Positions 12,073 to 24,850 are shown, numbered from the stretch's first letter. The stretch: DNA of 64,000 bases from Camelus ferus (GCF_009834535.1 NC_045696.1:11038001-11102000); one strand, 5' to 3'. Numbers and translations: made by a program. Notes: a model not told the origin generated them from the letters alone.

Positions 12073-15000
12073 GGGGACCTGCTTTTGTATCATGGGCTCT
12101 CTGGGGTATCTTGACAGGCAGGCAGCTCAGAGGCCCAGCCTGGACTCTGCCGGGGCTTCCTGAACCCCGTCGTCTACCCACTCATCTCTTACAGCCCAGC
12201 TCCTCATTTGGGCTTTTTGTTTGCCCTGGTACAGAATCCTGTCCCTTTGCCCCACTCCACCTGCTCTCCACTCTCTTCTAGCCTTTTCCACCCTGACCTC
12301 GCCCCGTGTGTCATCAGCTGTCTTCCCTGCCCTTCGACTTCCCATTGGTCTGGGCCAGTGGGGATCCCGTGGGAGATGAGAGGGCAGGAGTGGGGAGATC
12401 AGGTGTTTATTCTCCCGGCATCTTCATTTGTAATATGGTGGCATGGGGTGGAGGGGGCAGGGTCAGACTCTGGCCCCTGATCCACTTTTCTCATCCCATC
12501 TCACCTCTGTCCCTCCCTCGGGCTGTTTGGGGACATGGATGAAATGGAGCATGGGCACATGAACCATGTTGTCCATGCTTAAGTCTGTGAGGCCTCTTAC
12601 CAGGGGTGACAAGGATGAGCTGGGCCGAGAAAATAGGGACAGGGGCCAAAGTCTGACCCTGCCCCCTCCCCCCCATGCTGCCATACTGTTGCACCAAACC
12701 CTGAAAAGTCTGAGAATTCCAAGTTTGAACCTGGTCTTCAAGGTCATTATAAAGGTAAATTTGTCAAGGAAGGAAAAGAGAACTTTTTTTTTTATATAAA
12801 TTTTTGTTTTCGCTTAATGTATATAGCATTTGGCTGTGTGGTATGAAACACTCCATTTCTTCTCGGAGCCCCTGCAAATGTTACAGGCAGACCTCTAGAT
12901 GTCTGTGCATACACAGAAACATAGAGTTTTATGTTCAGGCTTTTCCTTTTCCATAATAATACCATCATCTATTGCAATATTTCCCAACTGGCACTTTTCA
13001 TTTAATAATACGACTTCAAGAATTTTTCATGTCAGTCCATACAGATCTACCTCATTTAAAAAACCAACACAATGCATCTTTATCTTAATTTTTTCAGAAC
13101 AGTTGGAATTCTTCCCAAGACATCTTCCGTGAGAAAGGAAGTTTTCCACGTGCATGAGCTGAGTGATGTAGGCGAGATGATTTAACAGAAAGCTTGGCGT
13201 GACTCCCCCTCTGCTGACAGCACATGCCTCACTCTCCCAGGCTCCAGAGGCTTCACAACCAGAGGTCAAGTTCTAAGGAAGGAAGTTGGGAGCTCAGAGC
13301 TGGGAGGCAACTCACCGGGGTTTGCAAATTCTTCAGAGATTCGTAACACATTCTCTTGCTGGTTAATTGTTAGTAAGTTGGGAACGTTTTGCTTTTTCTC
13401 CTTGAGGGAGGTCATGTCACGATTCTGCCCATGCCTCTAATTGCTGCTCCCTCCCTTCCTCGGAAACGAATCGAGCATTTTCCAGGTCAGATTCGTGTTT
13501 AGTCATCTGAACACGAGCCTCCTTCTCCTTGCCGTAATCTTTCCCAGGCTGGATTTTGTCTTTGAAACAATAGGAAATGACAAGGTCTATTTTTCTTTTC
13601 TTGAAAGAACTCGATCCATGGAGTCATGAGTTGGAATAGAGAAAGTCCAGGGAATTAATATGCACCCCCGATCGGAAGTGACCAGCTTTCCTGTCTTTGT
13701 TCTGCCGAGTCCTGCAGTCTGAGCTCATGATACCACGGGCAGTTTGCTTAAAAGCAGGAAGGCGGCATTTTCACCACAAGATAAATGCCCAATTGGATTT
13801 TCTGTTGGACAGATCTGTAAGAAATGCAATTAGGCTGTGAGCAATCTTTCAAGCAAAGATCGGGAACCTTCCAAAGAAGGGCCTGGCTGGAGATTATTTG
13901 TCAGGCCCTTGACATATATTTGCATCTGAGAAGTTCATTGCATCTTAAAACACCCGTGCGAGTCAGTCCCTGGAACAGCTTTCTAAGAACGTTGTTTAAT
14001 TTCTCCAGTAGAAAATTAAGCTGTAATTTACTGATTTCTAAGATTTTAAGACTAACTGGATGGTGATCAGCAACCTTAACATCAGAAGCAATGATTATTC
14101 CAAGAGTTTGAGGCCAAGGTTTGAGGCCAGGCCCAGAGAGTTACTGGCTGTAGGGGGACTGAAAAGGCGAGTCCCTCACCTGCTCTGAGCACTGACTTTT
14201 GCTGCTGGGAGATGGAGGCACACAGCTCGAAGTGGATGATGCCATCCCTACTGCCAGGACGTCGGGCAAGTCCCAGGGCAGGAGTCCAGACCCAGCTCCT
14301 GGTGTTCTGTACCCCGTTAGCCTTATTTTCCCCGGGACCCCTCAGCCTGGCGGTTCCCCATTCCCAACCATGCTGTTCCTGTCCCCACCTGCTGACCCGC
14401 TGCTGCGGCTCCTCTCTCCATCCCCAGTTTCCCCACCAGCACCTTTGAAAATTGTGCTTGTTCCTGAGGACCCCGCCGTCGAGCACCATCTCCAATAAGC
14501 CTCCCCAGCCCGGTGGGTAGAATTGTTCTCTCTGGGCTCCCAGGGCCATTTGATTTGACCATTTAATATCCTTCTTACACTCTGTCTCATGAAACTGAAA
14601 CCTCCAAAGGATACAGAAAAGGGCCTGCGCTGACTCTGCTCACAGGTTCAGCAAAGAGATGGCAGATACCAAGGTTAAGAGGAAGAGAAGGGCAGGAGGG
14701 GTGGGCCTCGTGGACCCAGTGGCCGTTGCCTGGGAAATGGGGAGGCAGGGCCTCGGTGTGAGAAAGGCTTGGCTTGAGGTTTCTCTGGACCATTGCTGGG
14801 GAAGCTGGTCTCCTGCTGGGTCAGGAGGAAGAGGGCCTGGCTCTTCTAGGAAGCCACACCCTTCGCAGGAGACAGAGGAAGGGCAATTAACAGCAGCAGC
14901 GGTGCCCAAAGTGGGGCTGGTGGCTGCAGCTGCCACGGGGCAAGTGACCAGAGCGAAAGGGCGCTGCGGGCTGTGTGCAGCCAGGGCGGAGGAGGTGGAC

Positions 15001-15269
15001 ACGACCCCCGAGGCCGTGGCTCTGCAGGTGTTAGTGGCCACAAAGCTTGTGCTGCACCAAGTGCCAGGAGGACAGAGCCCTCAGGGCTGGGCCACCAGGG
15101 CCGTGTGCCGGTCCCCAAGGGGGTGAGCAGAGGTGGGAGTAGGTGGTACCTGAGTCCCACGTTTCTGTGCCTGTGACTTTGATCCGATTACAGCCTTGGC
15201 TGTTAATGAAATATCCGCTTTCATTACGGTGAGCTGGGCGTGTGTCTCTGGGGCTGATTTAAGGCAGTA

Positions 15270-15448
15270 GCTTGGCCTTGCCCAGCAGAACTGTCTGCAC
15301 TGTCGAAGGCAGTAGCTGCTGGCCGCGTGGCCACCGAGCACTAAACGTGTGCCTAGCGCGACTGCGGAGCTGACTTCTAAATGTTATTAACTGAGTTAAA
15401 AGTTTAGCGAACCACGTGTGGCTGGTGGCTCCGTACTGGACAGCACAG
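15270..15448 (+). mobile_element. hAT-Charlie MITE (MER3-like)
   Basis: gtagctgctggccgcgtggccaccgagcact...ccacgtgtggctggtggctccgtactggacagcacag. Confidence 0.6.
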
Positions 15449-16893
15449 TCCTGGATTATCAGCATCACGGCTAGATATTGTCTCATTCACTCTCCAGGGA
15501 GCCTAGCGCCGCCCCCGCAGGGAAGGGCCCGCTGATTTGAAACTCCCACAAAGAATGTAATGGCCTTGGATAGTGATTAGCTGGCTTCCTGAATTCTCCC
15601 TTATCTGGTTGATGTTATCATGGTTCTTTCTTGCCTTATTTCCAGCTATAGACCAGTATGGCTTCCAGTCGGCAGGGCATTTGGTTGGAGTATTTATTTA
15701 GGATTTAATCTCTGAGGCTACCGTCCAGTCATGGGATGGAGTTTGGCCAAATCCGCATTGGTGGTCAGGCTTACAATGGGCTTCTTAAAACCAAGTGACC
15801 ATGGTTCCGGGTTTGTAATTCTCCTGCCAAAACGGGGCCTGGCCTTTTAAGCCCAAGTGTGGGAGACTTCACAATTGACTTGGCCGAAGAATCCAAGGAA
15901 GGTCAGGCCTTGACACTCTCCTTGGAGCCCTGCAGACAGAGGCATTCCTCCTCCAAACTCCCCTCTGAGGCAGAACCGCAGGGGCTGCCTTGTTCTCCCC
16001 AATGGCAGCCTGTTCTTATTTTGCCCTTGAGTTCTGTCAGCTGCCCCGAGTGCAGCACGACTGGTGCAGGATTGGCCGGGCTGGATGCTGACCCTCATGA
16101 AGAAGAAATAATTGATGGGAAAAGCTTACATTTATGCTGGTTCTTATTAAAGTGTGAGGCACAGTCACTCTCAACACCACTAGGAAGGAGGTACTATTAT
16201 TATGCCCCTTTTACAGATGAGGAAACTGAGGCACAGACAGGTCAATCTGAGACCAAGCCAGGACGAAAGTCAGACAGCAGCTGGGAGACAAGAGGGCAAC
16301 ACAGCAGGAGGGCCCCTGCACCTGGGTTGGGACAGAGTCATGTCTAGTCTGGTTGACGTCTGCGTTCCAGAGTCTGGGTGAGGGCAGGGAGTGGGGTGAA
16401 AGCTTCAGAGCAGTGGTGCTTTCCAGGAGGCCCCCACTGGACCGTACGGGCTGCTGAGAGTAGACCAGCCCCAGGGAGAGTGGATGAGAACTCTCTCTCA
16501 GCTCCCCTGCCTGCCAGGGAGGACTCAGCGTCAGGCCGTGGTTCCCCAGGTGACCTGGCCCAGGAACAGGCGCCCCCCCCCCCCCACGAAGAAGGGCAGG
16601 AGCAGATTGAATGAGGGCCCTTGTGGGCGCCGCCTTCTGAGACTCACCAGATGCCAGGTGTGTGAACGGCTGGCTGCTCCCTGACATCACTTGCTAGTGG
16701 GGAGGGGCCCCGATGTTCCGTCCACTCTGGCTCCTGCTGAGGCTGCGGGTGACAGTGTGCCAGCAGTATGGCCTGACAGGGATGGATATGCCCCCAGGCC
16801 CCTCACACTGGATGTCTTAGGTCAGCTTCCCGAGATCCTCGAATGAGTGGGTTATTGAAGCAGGGCTCTCAGGAGAAATACTTATAAGAAAGT

Positions 16894-17215
16894 TGCTATG
16901 GTCTGAATGTTTGCGTCACCCCCACCCCAAATTCATATGTTAACATCTTAACCCCCAAAGGTGATGGTATTTCGGAAGGCTTTTAGGCCACAAAGGTGGT
17001 GCCCTCATGAATGGGATTAGTGCCCTTATAAAAGAGGCCCCCTTGTCCCTTCCACCATGTGAAGACACAGCGGAAAGTCTGCATCCAAGAAGAGGGCCCC
17101 CACCCGCCCCTGCTGCCACCCTGCGCTCAGACTGCCTGACTCCAGACTGTGAGAAATAAGCTTCTGTTTCTCATGGGCTACTGTTTTTCATAGTCTGTGG
17201 TATTTTTGTTAGACA
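16894..17215 (+). mobile_element. MaLR solo LTR (MLT1A/B-like)
   Basis: tgctatggtctgaatgtttg...atgaatgggattagtgcccttataaaagaggcc...ccagactgtgagaaataa...gtggtatttttgtta. Confidence 0.8.
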
Positions 17216-18724
17216 AAAATGGCGAAGGGGCAATTCTCTGCAGAAGAGGGCACCTGTGGGCTGTTCACGGGCCCCTCATAGTCCCCGGGGGCCGCCAGGC
17301 CCGACGCACGGAGCTGCGCAGGTCAGCGTCACACACTGTCCACTTGTGGGATCTGCTTACAGGGCCTCCCAAGAACTGCTTGGTCCTTGGATGTGTTCTG
17401 CTTCTCCCTGAAGCGGCAGCAGCTGGTCCAGCATTGACCGAGCAGGAGCAGCCCCGCTGGCAAGCTCTGTGTACCCAGAAGGGCTGAATTTTACAGCAGG
17501 CAGCTCACATCTTGAAAGTCAGCACTGGCAGCAAGTAACTGAAGTAGGGACATGTGCAAACCTCCCACCGAGAACTGGCCTCTTTTCACAGGACTTCCGG
17601 GACCGCACAGCTTGGAAACAGCAGGGTGTCGGTTGCCCAGAGATGCACAAAGCTGAGGAGCAGCAGCCCAGGTGTGCCCCACACTCGGGGTGGAGTTCCC
17701 TGCGGCGCCTTCTGCCAGCCACCACGCTCCACCAGCAACCCCTCATCCAAATCTGGTTCGGTCCTTTTCCTCCAGGCTTGGTGCCCATCCAAACACATTC
17801 TCAGCAGGACCCTGCAGCTCCTTCCATGAGAAGAACATAGCATTCTTCTCTTGGCCTCAGAAAATACAAATAACTCACTCACTGCATTTGCACAGGCCAA
17901 AGAGCGACCCTCGCCTTGGCCAGCCTGTCTTCCAGCACCTTCTTGGGCGACCTGGGAAGGGTGTGCCTGTGTGGGGGGGCTGGGGGGAGACTCAGATAAG
18001 GGAAAACCCATTGTGGTGTTCAGCAAGAGCTTTGAGACTGAGGTCAGTGGGGGCATAGCTCTTTTTCCAACTGGAAAAGTGGACATCTTCAGCTGCCATG
18101 TTCTCTTTAGCCGCAGGAAGTCACCAGATGGACAGTAGTTATGTTCTTGGAGCCAGAGAAGATGCTGCTTGGGAGCTAGAAACTGAGACCACGGGGACAG
18201 GCTGCCTGGGAGCTGGGACGGTACCAATGTGGTTTTTGCTGAGCTCAGGAAATCAGAGGATGAGGATGCTCTTTGTTTAGAACAAAATCCTCACAAAGAA
18301 ATTAGACAAAGGAGCCATATGTTCATTCTCTCATTCATTAGATTCATCTTCGTCTCTAACGACAGACTGAAAATGAGTCATCCTCACCCAGTCAACTTCT
18401 CCCATTCCCCTACATTATGGATGGAGGACTCAGGGACGTGAAGTCCTGAGAAGTTTCAGCCTCTGCCCAGCCCCACCCACCCACCCCCAGCCTGTCCGTA
18501 TGACACCTATCTCAACCAGTCTCTACCCTCTCACCTTCACAGGTGAGTGTAAGGGAGGCACAGTCTGACACTGGCAGAGGGGTTGAGAGATGGGGTGTCA
18601 CCCTGCCTCTACTGTCACTCCCCCTTTCCCTCTGTTGAGTGGAATCCACGAGATTTCTCATCAACTTTATCTGTGGCTGCCATGTTTATATGTTATTTCA
18701 CTGCTGTTAAAGTACCACACATGA

Positions 18725-18857
18725 GGTGGGGGAGGGTATAGCTCAGTGGTAGAGTGTGTGCTTAGCACGCTCAAGGTCCTGGGTTCAATCCCCAGTAACT
18801 CCATTAAAATAAAAAATAAATAAACCTAATTCCCCCCCCAAATTTAAAAAAAAACAA
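18725..18857 (+). mobile_element. tRNA-Ala-derived SINE, long form, with target-site duplication
   Basis: tRNA body, then an attaaaataaa...taaacctaattccccc tail and A-run. 11-bp TSD accacacatga at 18714-18724 and 18858-18868. Confidence 0.9.
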
Positions 18858-18859
18858 AC

Positions 18860-19318
18860 CACACATGAATGTTTACGGGGGCACTATTCACAATAGCTAA
18901 TGGCGGAAACAACCAGATGTCTACCAATGGATGAATTAATGCCTGAATGCGGCATGTCAACACAAAGAAATGTGATTCATGGTAAAAAAAAGAGGAAGTA
19001 CTGATTCCTGCTACAACAGGAATGAACTTGAAGACATTATGCTAAATGAAAGAAGTCACTCACAAAAGACTGCATCCTGTGTGATTCCACTTACATAAAC
19101 TAACCAGAATAGGAAAACGCATAGAAACTGAAGGCAGAGGCTGGAGGGAGAGGGGCGTGGGCAGTGACTGCTTAATGGGGAGGAGGTTTTATTTTCTGGT
19201 GCTGAAAATGTTTTGGAACTAGACAGAAGTGGTGGTCTCACAACATTGTGAATATACTAAAAGCCACTGGACTGTGTGCTTTAAATGGTTAATTCTGCTT
19301 CATGTGAATTTCAACTCT
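18860..19318 (+). mobile_element. Old L1 3' fragment (L1MB-like)
   Basis: gcactattcacaatagc...gaagacattatgctaaatgaaagaagtca...aaaatgttttggaactaga...attgtgaatatactaaaagccactg. Confidence 0.75.
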
Positions 19319-19320
19319 AG

Positions 19321-19679
19321 TGTCAATTAAAAATTTGTGTCTCCCCAAAACTCATGTTAAACCCTAACACTCAATGTGATGGTATTTGGAGGCGGGGCCT
19401 TTGGGAGGTGGTCAGGTCATGAGGGTGGAGCCTTCATGGATAAGGTTAATACCCTTTTATAAGGATAAGGAGGAGACCCCACAGTGCTCCCAGGCCCCTC
19501 TGCCATGTGGGGATGACCAACTATGAACCAGGAATCCAGGCTCTCACCAGATACTGAATTTGCTGGCCCCTTGATCTTGGACTTCCTAGCCTCCAAAACT
19601 GTAAGAAATAAATTTCTGTTGTTTTTAAGTCACACAGTCTATGGTATTTTTGTTATAGCAGCTCAAATGAACTAAGACA
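19321..19679 (+). mobile_element. MaLR solo LTR (MLT1A/B-like)
   Basis: aatgtgatggtatttggaggcggggcctttggg...ccttgatcttggacttcctagcctcc...tatggtatttttgttatagcagc...actaagaca. Confidence 0.8.
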
Positions 19680-20137
19680 CACTGAATTCACAAAAAACAA
19701 ACAAAACTGCAGCCCTTCCCCAATCTGGGCAGCAGGGCTGGTTGACAAGAGACAGACTGTTTCCTCTACACCCACCCTCTTCTCTGTTCCTCGGATGGGC
19801 CCTTCACCCCCAGGATCTGGGAACTGAAAGAAATGCCTTCTGTCGTAAGTGTTATCTCTCGGGTTCCTGAGGGAACAGCTAGTATTTCCTGATCACCTGG
19901 TGACTGTGTTGGCTCCAGCACTGTGCACCATGTAACTTGGCCCCAATACTTCATCTGTCAGCCTTCAGTTTCCTCATTTACATATGCCTGCTTGCACAGT
20001 TGATGTGATAAAGCAGAGAGACCTCGTTGAGAGTAGGCATATGAGATAGATATAACACCATCATTTTTATGCTTTAAGCCCCACTGGGACAAGACAGAAA
20101 AAAAAAATCTTATTGTCCGTCATAATTATAAGCCTCC

Positions 20138-20155
20138 TGTCCACCAGGGGGAGCC
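20138..20155 (+). promoter_or_regulatory. Candidate CTCF binding motif
   Basis: TGTCCACCAGGGGGAGCC compared with the core consensus TGGCCACCAGGGGGCGCT. Motif match only, no binding data. Confidence 0.45.
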
Positions 20156-20382
20156 TTTTAAAGGAAACCATCACCAGTTCTTTCACCAGGAATCTGTTTC
20201 CTTAACTCCTTTTTCTTCTGCTCCTTCATGGACCCCTCCCTCTAATATGGTAGGACACTTTTTTTTTTTTTTTTTGGCAATAATTTGAATGGTAACTCCA
20301 CTTGCTCTTTGCCCACAGGACTGCTGGGGAATCTGGTTGATTGTTTTTACCACTAGAAGCTCTGCAGTTTTAAACTCTAAGC

Positions 20383-20772
20383 CAGGAGTCAGCCAGCTTT
20401 TTCTGTACAGGTCAAGAGAGTAAATATTTTAGGCTTTTCAAAACCATACTATATTTACAAAATCAAGTGGCAGGCCAAATCCAGCCTACTAACTATCTTT
20501 GTACAGACCATGAGCTAAGAATGGCTTTTACATTTTTAAATAATTGATTAAAAAAAAAAAGAGGAATATGTGACATTCTTATGAATGTGAAACAATTTCA
20601 AATTAGTTTCCATAAATAAAGTTATTGAAACACAGCCATGTTCATTCATTACGAAGTAGTGGCTGCTTCTGAGCTACAGTGGCAGAGGTGAGTAGTTGTG
20701 GCAGAGGTTATATGACTTGCAATGCCTAAAATATTTATTATCTTTCCCTTAAAAATTTTTTGCCAACCACTT
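20383..20772 (+). mobile_element. hAT-Charlie MITE (MER58B-like)
   Basis: caggagtcagc...tttttctgtacaggtcaagagagtaaatattttaggcttt...tttgccaaccactt. Near-perfect 8-bp TSD ctctaagc / ctctaaac. Confidence 0.75.
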
Positions 20773-21078
20773 CTCTAAACAAATTATGTTAGTGATTAAA
20801 ATCTACCACCAGTGAACACGTAGTGACTGAACTCATACTTGCCATCCTGAATATTAGTATAATTCTTTTGTGGATAGATAAGGATCTCCTGTTTACTCAT
20901 CTATAAAATGAGAATGACAGCACTATATCACAAAGCCGTCCTGAGCATTCAATGACTTAATACATGAAAGCAGTTAGAACGGTGCCTGGTCTTCTAAGTG
21001 CTCAATAAATGTGAACTCTGTTAGCCCATAGACATGAATTTAAATAAATCCAGAAAACAAAGACTTCTTCCCTCCTAA

Positions 21079-21084
21079 TTTATT
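21079..21084 (-). terminator. EVA1C: Polyadenylation signal (AATAAA) of EVA1C; 3' UTR about 200 nt
   Basis: Plus-strand tttatt about 180 nt past the stop codon. It is followed on the minus strand by a U/GU-rich tract (gtctttgttttctggattt) about 20 nt later. Confidence 0.75.
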
Positions 21085-21261
21085 TTGAAATGTGCTGTAA
21101 ACAGTTTGAAATGTCCCTTTAAGAGCTTTCTGGCTTCCCCAGTATTGGATGACATGACAAATTCTCCTTCATAGAAGGTACAAGTGAAACAGAACCGGAG
21201 GGGCATTTTGGATCTCCTTCCCTCTTCAGGAAGTGTGGTAGCATCAAGATGCGTCTAGTTT

Positions 21262-21638
21262 TCAGTAGAACTGGCTCATGTTTCTTGGGAGTGAAGTGTC
21301 CAAACCACTGTTCATCCATATTTCCTGGATGATTTGCTCCCTGCGCTCAATCCGTTCTGCCAGCTCTGCAGCCTCTATAGAACTGTAGACAGGATATGTA
21401 GTCCTACAGAATCCTGACCGTTCCCCTGGAAAATCAGAGTCAGAGGAGTCCTCCTCCCCGTCTTCATCCTGGCTGTCCTCCTCGGCCTTGTCACTTCCTG
21501 GCACCAGGTGCTCCCTCACCAGCTGCAGCTCCCGGAAGTCCTTGGTGCAGGACACTCTGAAGACCAAGGCACATAACGTGAGTGCCAGCCCGATGCAGAC
21601 ACTGGACATGAACAGCAGGGCGGCTCTCTCAGGGTGGG
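21262..21638 (-). CDS. EVA1C: EVA1C last coding exon: transmembrane helix and acidic cytoplasmic tail
   Basis: Acceptor ttttccccacag|CC. Translates AHPERAALLFMSSVCIGLALTLCALVFRVSC...EEDSQDEDGEEDSSDSD...SSIEAAELAERIERREQIIQEIWMNSGLDTSLPRNMSQFY then TGA at 21264-21262. PERAAL and ERIERREQII.EIWMN are EVA1-family hallmarks. Confidence 0.96.
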
Positions 21639-22414
21639 CTGTGGGGAAAAGAAAACATATCAGGACCTGGAGGAACTGTCAGTCTTCATAAGGCCAGAGT
21701 CCCATAGAAACAGGTAAGTGCCCAGGCAGGCGGTTAATGTAGAATGCCAGCCCTGGAGAGCATCTTTGAGACCATCCACACCTAACTGATCATATGCCTC
21801 CACTAATTAAAAAAAAAAAAGGTTTGGAGCGTATATAGTCAATATATGTATATTTATAAGAGGACACATAGCAGAGGAGTAGAGGGACTGAGAGGCAGAC
21901 CCCCGTATTCAAATACAGATCTGCCACTTACTAGTTGTGTGTAACCTCCCTGTGTCTCAGTTCCCTCATCTGTAAAATGGAGCTAAAAGCCCCTCTCTTT
22001 TCATTTCTGTGAAGCTCTCAGAGCACTCAATGACACATAGTAAATGTTCAATAAACTGTTAGCTATTATTAACAGTAGTAAATTTTGAAAAATTAATTTA
22101 TATGTAAAGTATACATACAAATGTAAGAACTAATATAGTAAATGTTACAAAGCGTAATTTCTTTTAGATTAAAAAATAAATATAGATACAGGTTCTGGTA
22201 GTTCTTTCTACATCCAAATCATTGTATAATAATAATAGAAATAGAACTAATGCTAATTTGTACTATGGAATCTGGTCTAAAGCCTTACATATGGCTAATT
22301 GTTACACTAACCCGATGTGGAAAGGACTATTACTCTTCAGTTGTGTACCCCTTGTGGAGTTAGTACTCCCATTTTGGGAAGTAATGATCCAGCTAATGCC
22401 CTCATAATGTAGAT

Positions 22415-22612
22415 CAGGAGTTGACAGATTTTTCCTGTAAAGGATCAGATAATACATATTTTAAGGCTTTGTGGGCCACACAATGTGTGTTGAAGACTAT
22501 TCAACTGTGCTGTTGTAACATGAAAGCAGCCACAGATGATACAGGTGTGGCAGTGTTCTAATAAAACTTTATTTACAAAATCAGCCAGGGGGCCATACTT
22601 TGTGGATCCCTG
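22415..22612 (+). mobile_element. hAT-Charlie MITE (MER58A-like)
   Basis: caggagttgacagatttttcctgtaaagg...aataaaactttatttacaaaa...tttgtggatccctg. Degenerate 8-bp TSD atgtagat / atatagag. Confidence 0.78.
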
Positions 22613-24850
22613 ATATAGAGGCTCAAGCTGAGGCCCAGAAGGGGAGCTACTGTCCAGCTCAGTTGGCCTCTTTAGGTGGCGTCAGGATGGGAACCCAGGT
22701 CTGGAGATTCAAGCTGCTAACGTGCATGGAGAACCACTGGCATTTGCTCCAAATTCTCAACACAACCATCCTCCTCCAGGCACACAGCCTCCCGTCTCAC
22801 TACACTCGAATACTGCAGACTGCTATCTTTGCTGCTGCGTCTGTCCTTCCCCAGAGGTGCAGACTGGAGGTTCAGAACTCGAGGGTTGTTAAGTTTCCCG
22901 TCAAGGGATCCAGCCACTGTGATCTGACGGGAGAGATCTAAGTGGGACACGTTATCTTCTTGAAACTTGAAACTTCCCCATTCGGCTTCCTTCACTCACA
23001 GCTCAAGTCACTGGCGGAGTCACTGGACTCAAATGTCCTTTGCTGCCATTGGCCCTGCAAGCACAATCTCATCACTCCCTTTAAGACATAGAAGTCTAAG
23101 CTCAAAATTGATTTTGGCTGGGGGAAGGGCGGTGAGCTGCGTCTGTAGTGCTGTTAATAACAATGTATTTTTTCCTAATGGTCATGATATTTTGAAGATG
23201 TGGTCAAATACAGACACATATCCTTTGTGCTATGTTCATTTCTGGGAGTGGTGGTAGAATGGGGGTTGGGAGACACTGGCATTTGGGGCACAGTCATTAA
23301 ACCATAATACACAAAATGATGCTAAGACCCGAGGCCCTGATCTGATGGGGTAAATCCTTTCTCCTTCTCCCCTGCACATCAAAGCCTCTGCCAGGAGTGG
23401 ACTCCTCACTCCCGACCTCACTCTCACCTTCCTTTTCCTTTCCATCCTTCTCCTTTCCTGTCTTGCTGCGTCCTATCCCCACCCACCCAAGCCTCCCAGC
23501 CACTGTCCTCTCCAGTCCCTTCTGTTCTCATGCTACTCTGATGTGGGCTTTCAACTCAGCCACAATTCATCCCCTCCTTCTCCTGGGAAAGCATAAGCCT
23601 TGAACCCCATCCCAGCATGCTTGGGGCCATCATTTCTTGCAGTGCCTGTAAGGAGTGCTGTGGATGGGGAAACTGAGTCCCACCCTTTTGTAACCTTTTC
23701 CAGACATCCCAGTTGAGGGAAAGGTCAGCTCCAGGCAGAAAGAATCCTGTGCTGGTCAAGCTTCTGGGAAACAATGACCACCCACAGTCCTCTCCTCTCC
23801 TCGTCCCAGAAGCCATCATTCCCAGCGGTGGTGTCGCAGGCAAACGAGGTGCTCAGGCCAGGACAGAGGAGGGGCCAAGGTCTCGCTCCACCCCCAGACA
23901 GGTGGGTAACTGCGGGCTAATTACTGTCCTTCTCTCTCTCCCTCTCTCTCCCTTCCTGTCCCTGTTTCTTCTTAAGGTCTCCAGGCAGACGGAATCAAAA
24001 GAATCATAATTCCCAGGATGCAACATGTTCCCTTTGTCAGTCAATGCGTGGCCTTCCTTTATGTTTATTTATTTGATTAATTACTTGAAATTCTGTAATC
24101 AGTACCTGCTCTGTGAATAAGCCCCCCCCTCCCAAAATGGGAGCTCGGGCTTTGACAATACCTGTGTCTACCCTGTGGGTTCCCCTCTCCCCTGCCCCAC
24201 CTCCCCCATCAAGGTAACCAACACCTGAATTCCACGGTCATTCCTTCCCTGCTTGCCCTTTTATATAGTTTATTGCATCTCTGTGTATTCCTAAAAACTT
24301 TATGAAAAGGGTGTAACACTACAGATACAGTTTGGCGCTTGGCATTTGTTTTGTTTTTTACTTAACGTCATATTGCCGCATGCTGTTCTGTTGTCTTGAC
24401 CATAGTTTATTCACTCACTCGCCTGCTGGTGGGCATCTGGGTTGCTGTGGGGTTTCTGCTCTTTTGTAGCCGTGCTCATTCCTGTAACTGTAGCTGGTGG
24501 ACAAGGGCAAGGGTTTCTCTCGGGTCCTGCCCTGGGAGGGATTTGGAAGAGCTGTAAGGTATGTCCATTTGGGGAAATACTGCCAAAGTGGTTTCCAAAG
24601 TGGTTGCACCGAGTGACGAATCCTGGGAATCCTCAGCTTCTCCGGCACCAGCTACGGACAGGCTTCTTGTTCATTCCCCACCACATGGGAATCAAATTGC
24701 ATTTCACTATGGCTTGATTTGTATTTCCCTGATCCCCAGTTATGCGTACATCTCTTCAGATGCTCACCCATTCCCTCTTCTCAAAATGCTGCCTCATGTC
24801 GTGGTCCCACTTTTTTAAACTGGGTTTTTTGTGCTTTCCCTCTTACATAT

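Noticed and set aside
13417..13559. Minus-strand open stretch after cctattgtttcaaag that would be in phase with EVA1C (DKIQPGKDYGKEKEARVQMTKHESDLENARFVSEEGREQQLEAWAES-stop), a possible alternative last exon
   Set aside because: Weak AAG acceptor, 7.5 kb past the canonical poly(A) signal, and no homology I recognise. A 47-codon open frame is expected by chance. It would need junction reads.
15503..15525. cctagcgccgcccccgcagg as a CTCF site
   Set aside because: Neither register fits the CTCF core spacing. At most it is a generic GC box.
14082..18227. Cluster of long overlapping ORFs (133-213 aa) on both strands
   Set aside because: GC-rich sequence with few stop codons. The peptides are Pro/Gly/Ser/Arg-rich with no domain, no consistent splice structure and often non-ATG starts.
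18725..18802. SINE bodies as genuine tRNA-Ala genes (also at 2114, 30773, 34452, 59890 and 62246)
   Set aside because: They have A-rich tails, TSDs, 5' extensions and stem-breaking substitutions, so they are retroposed copies.
1..21000. Exons of a neighbouring gene downstream of EVA1C
   Set aside because: No exon with recognisable protein similarity was found. Short or non-coding exons cannot be excluded by eye.
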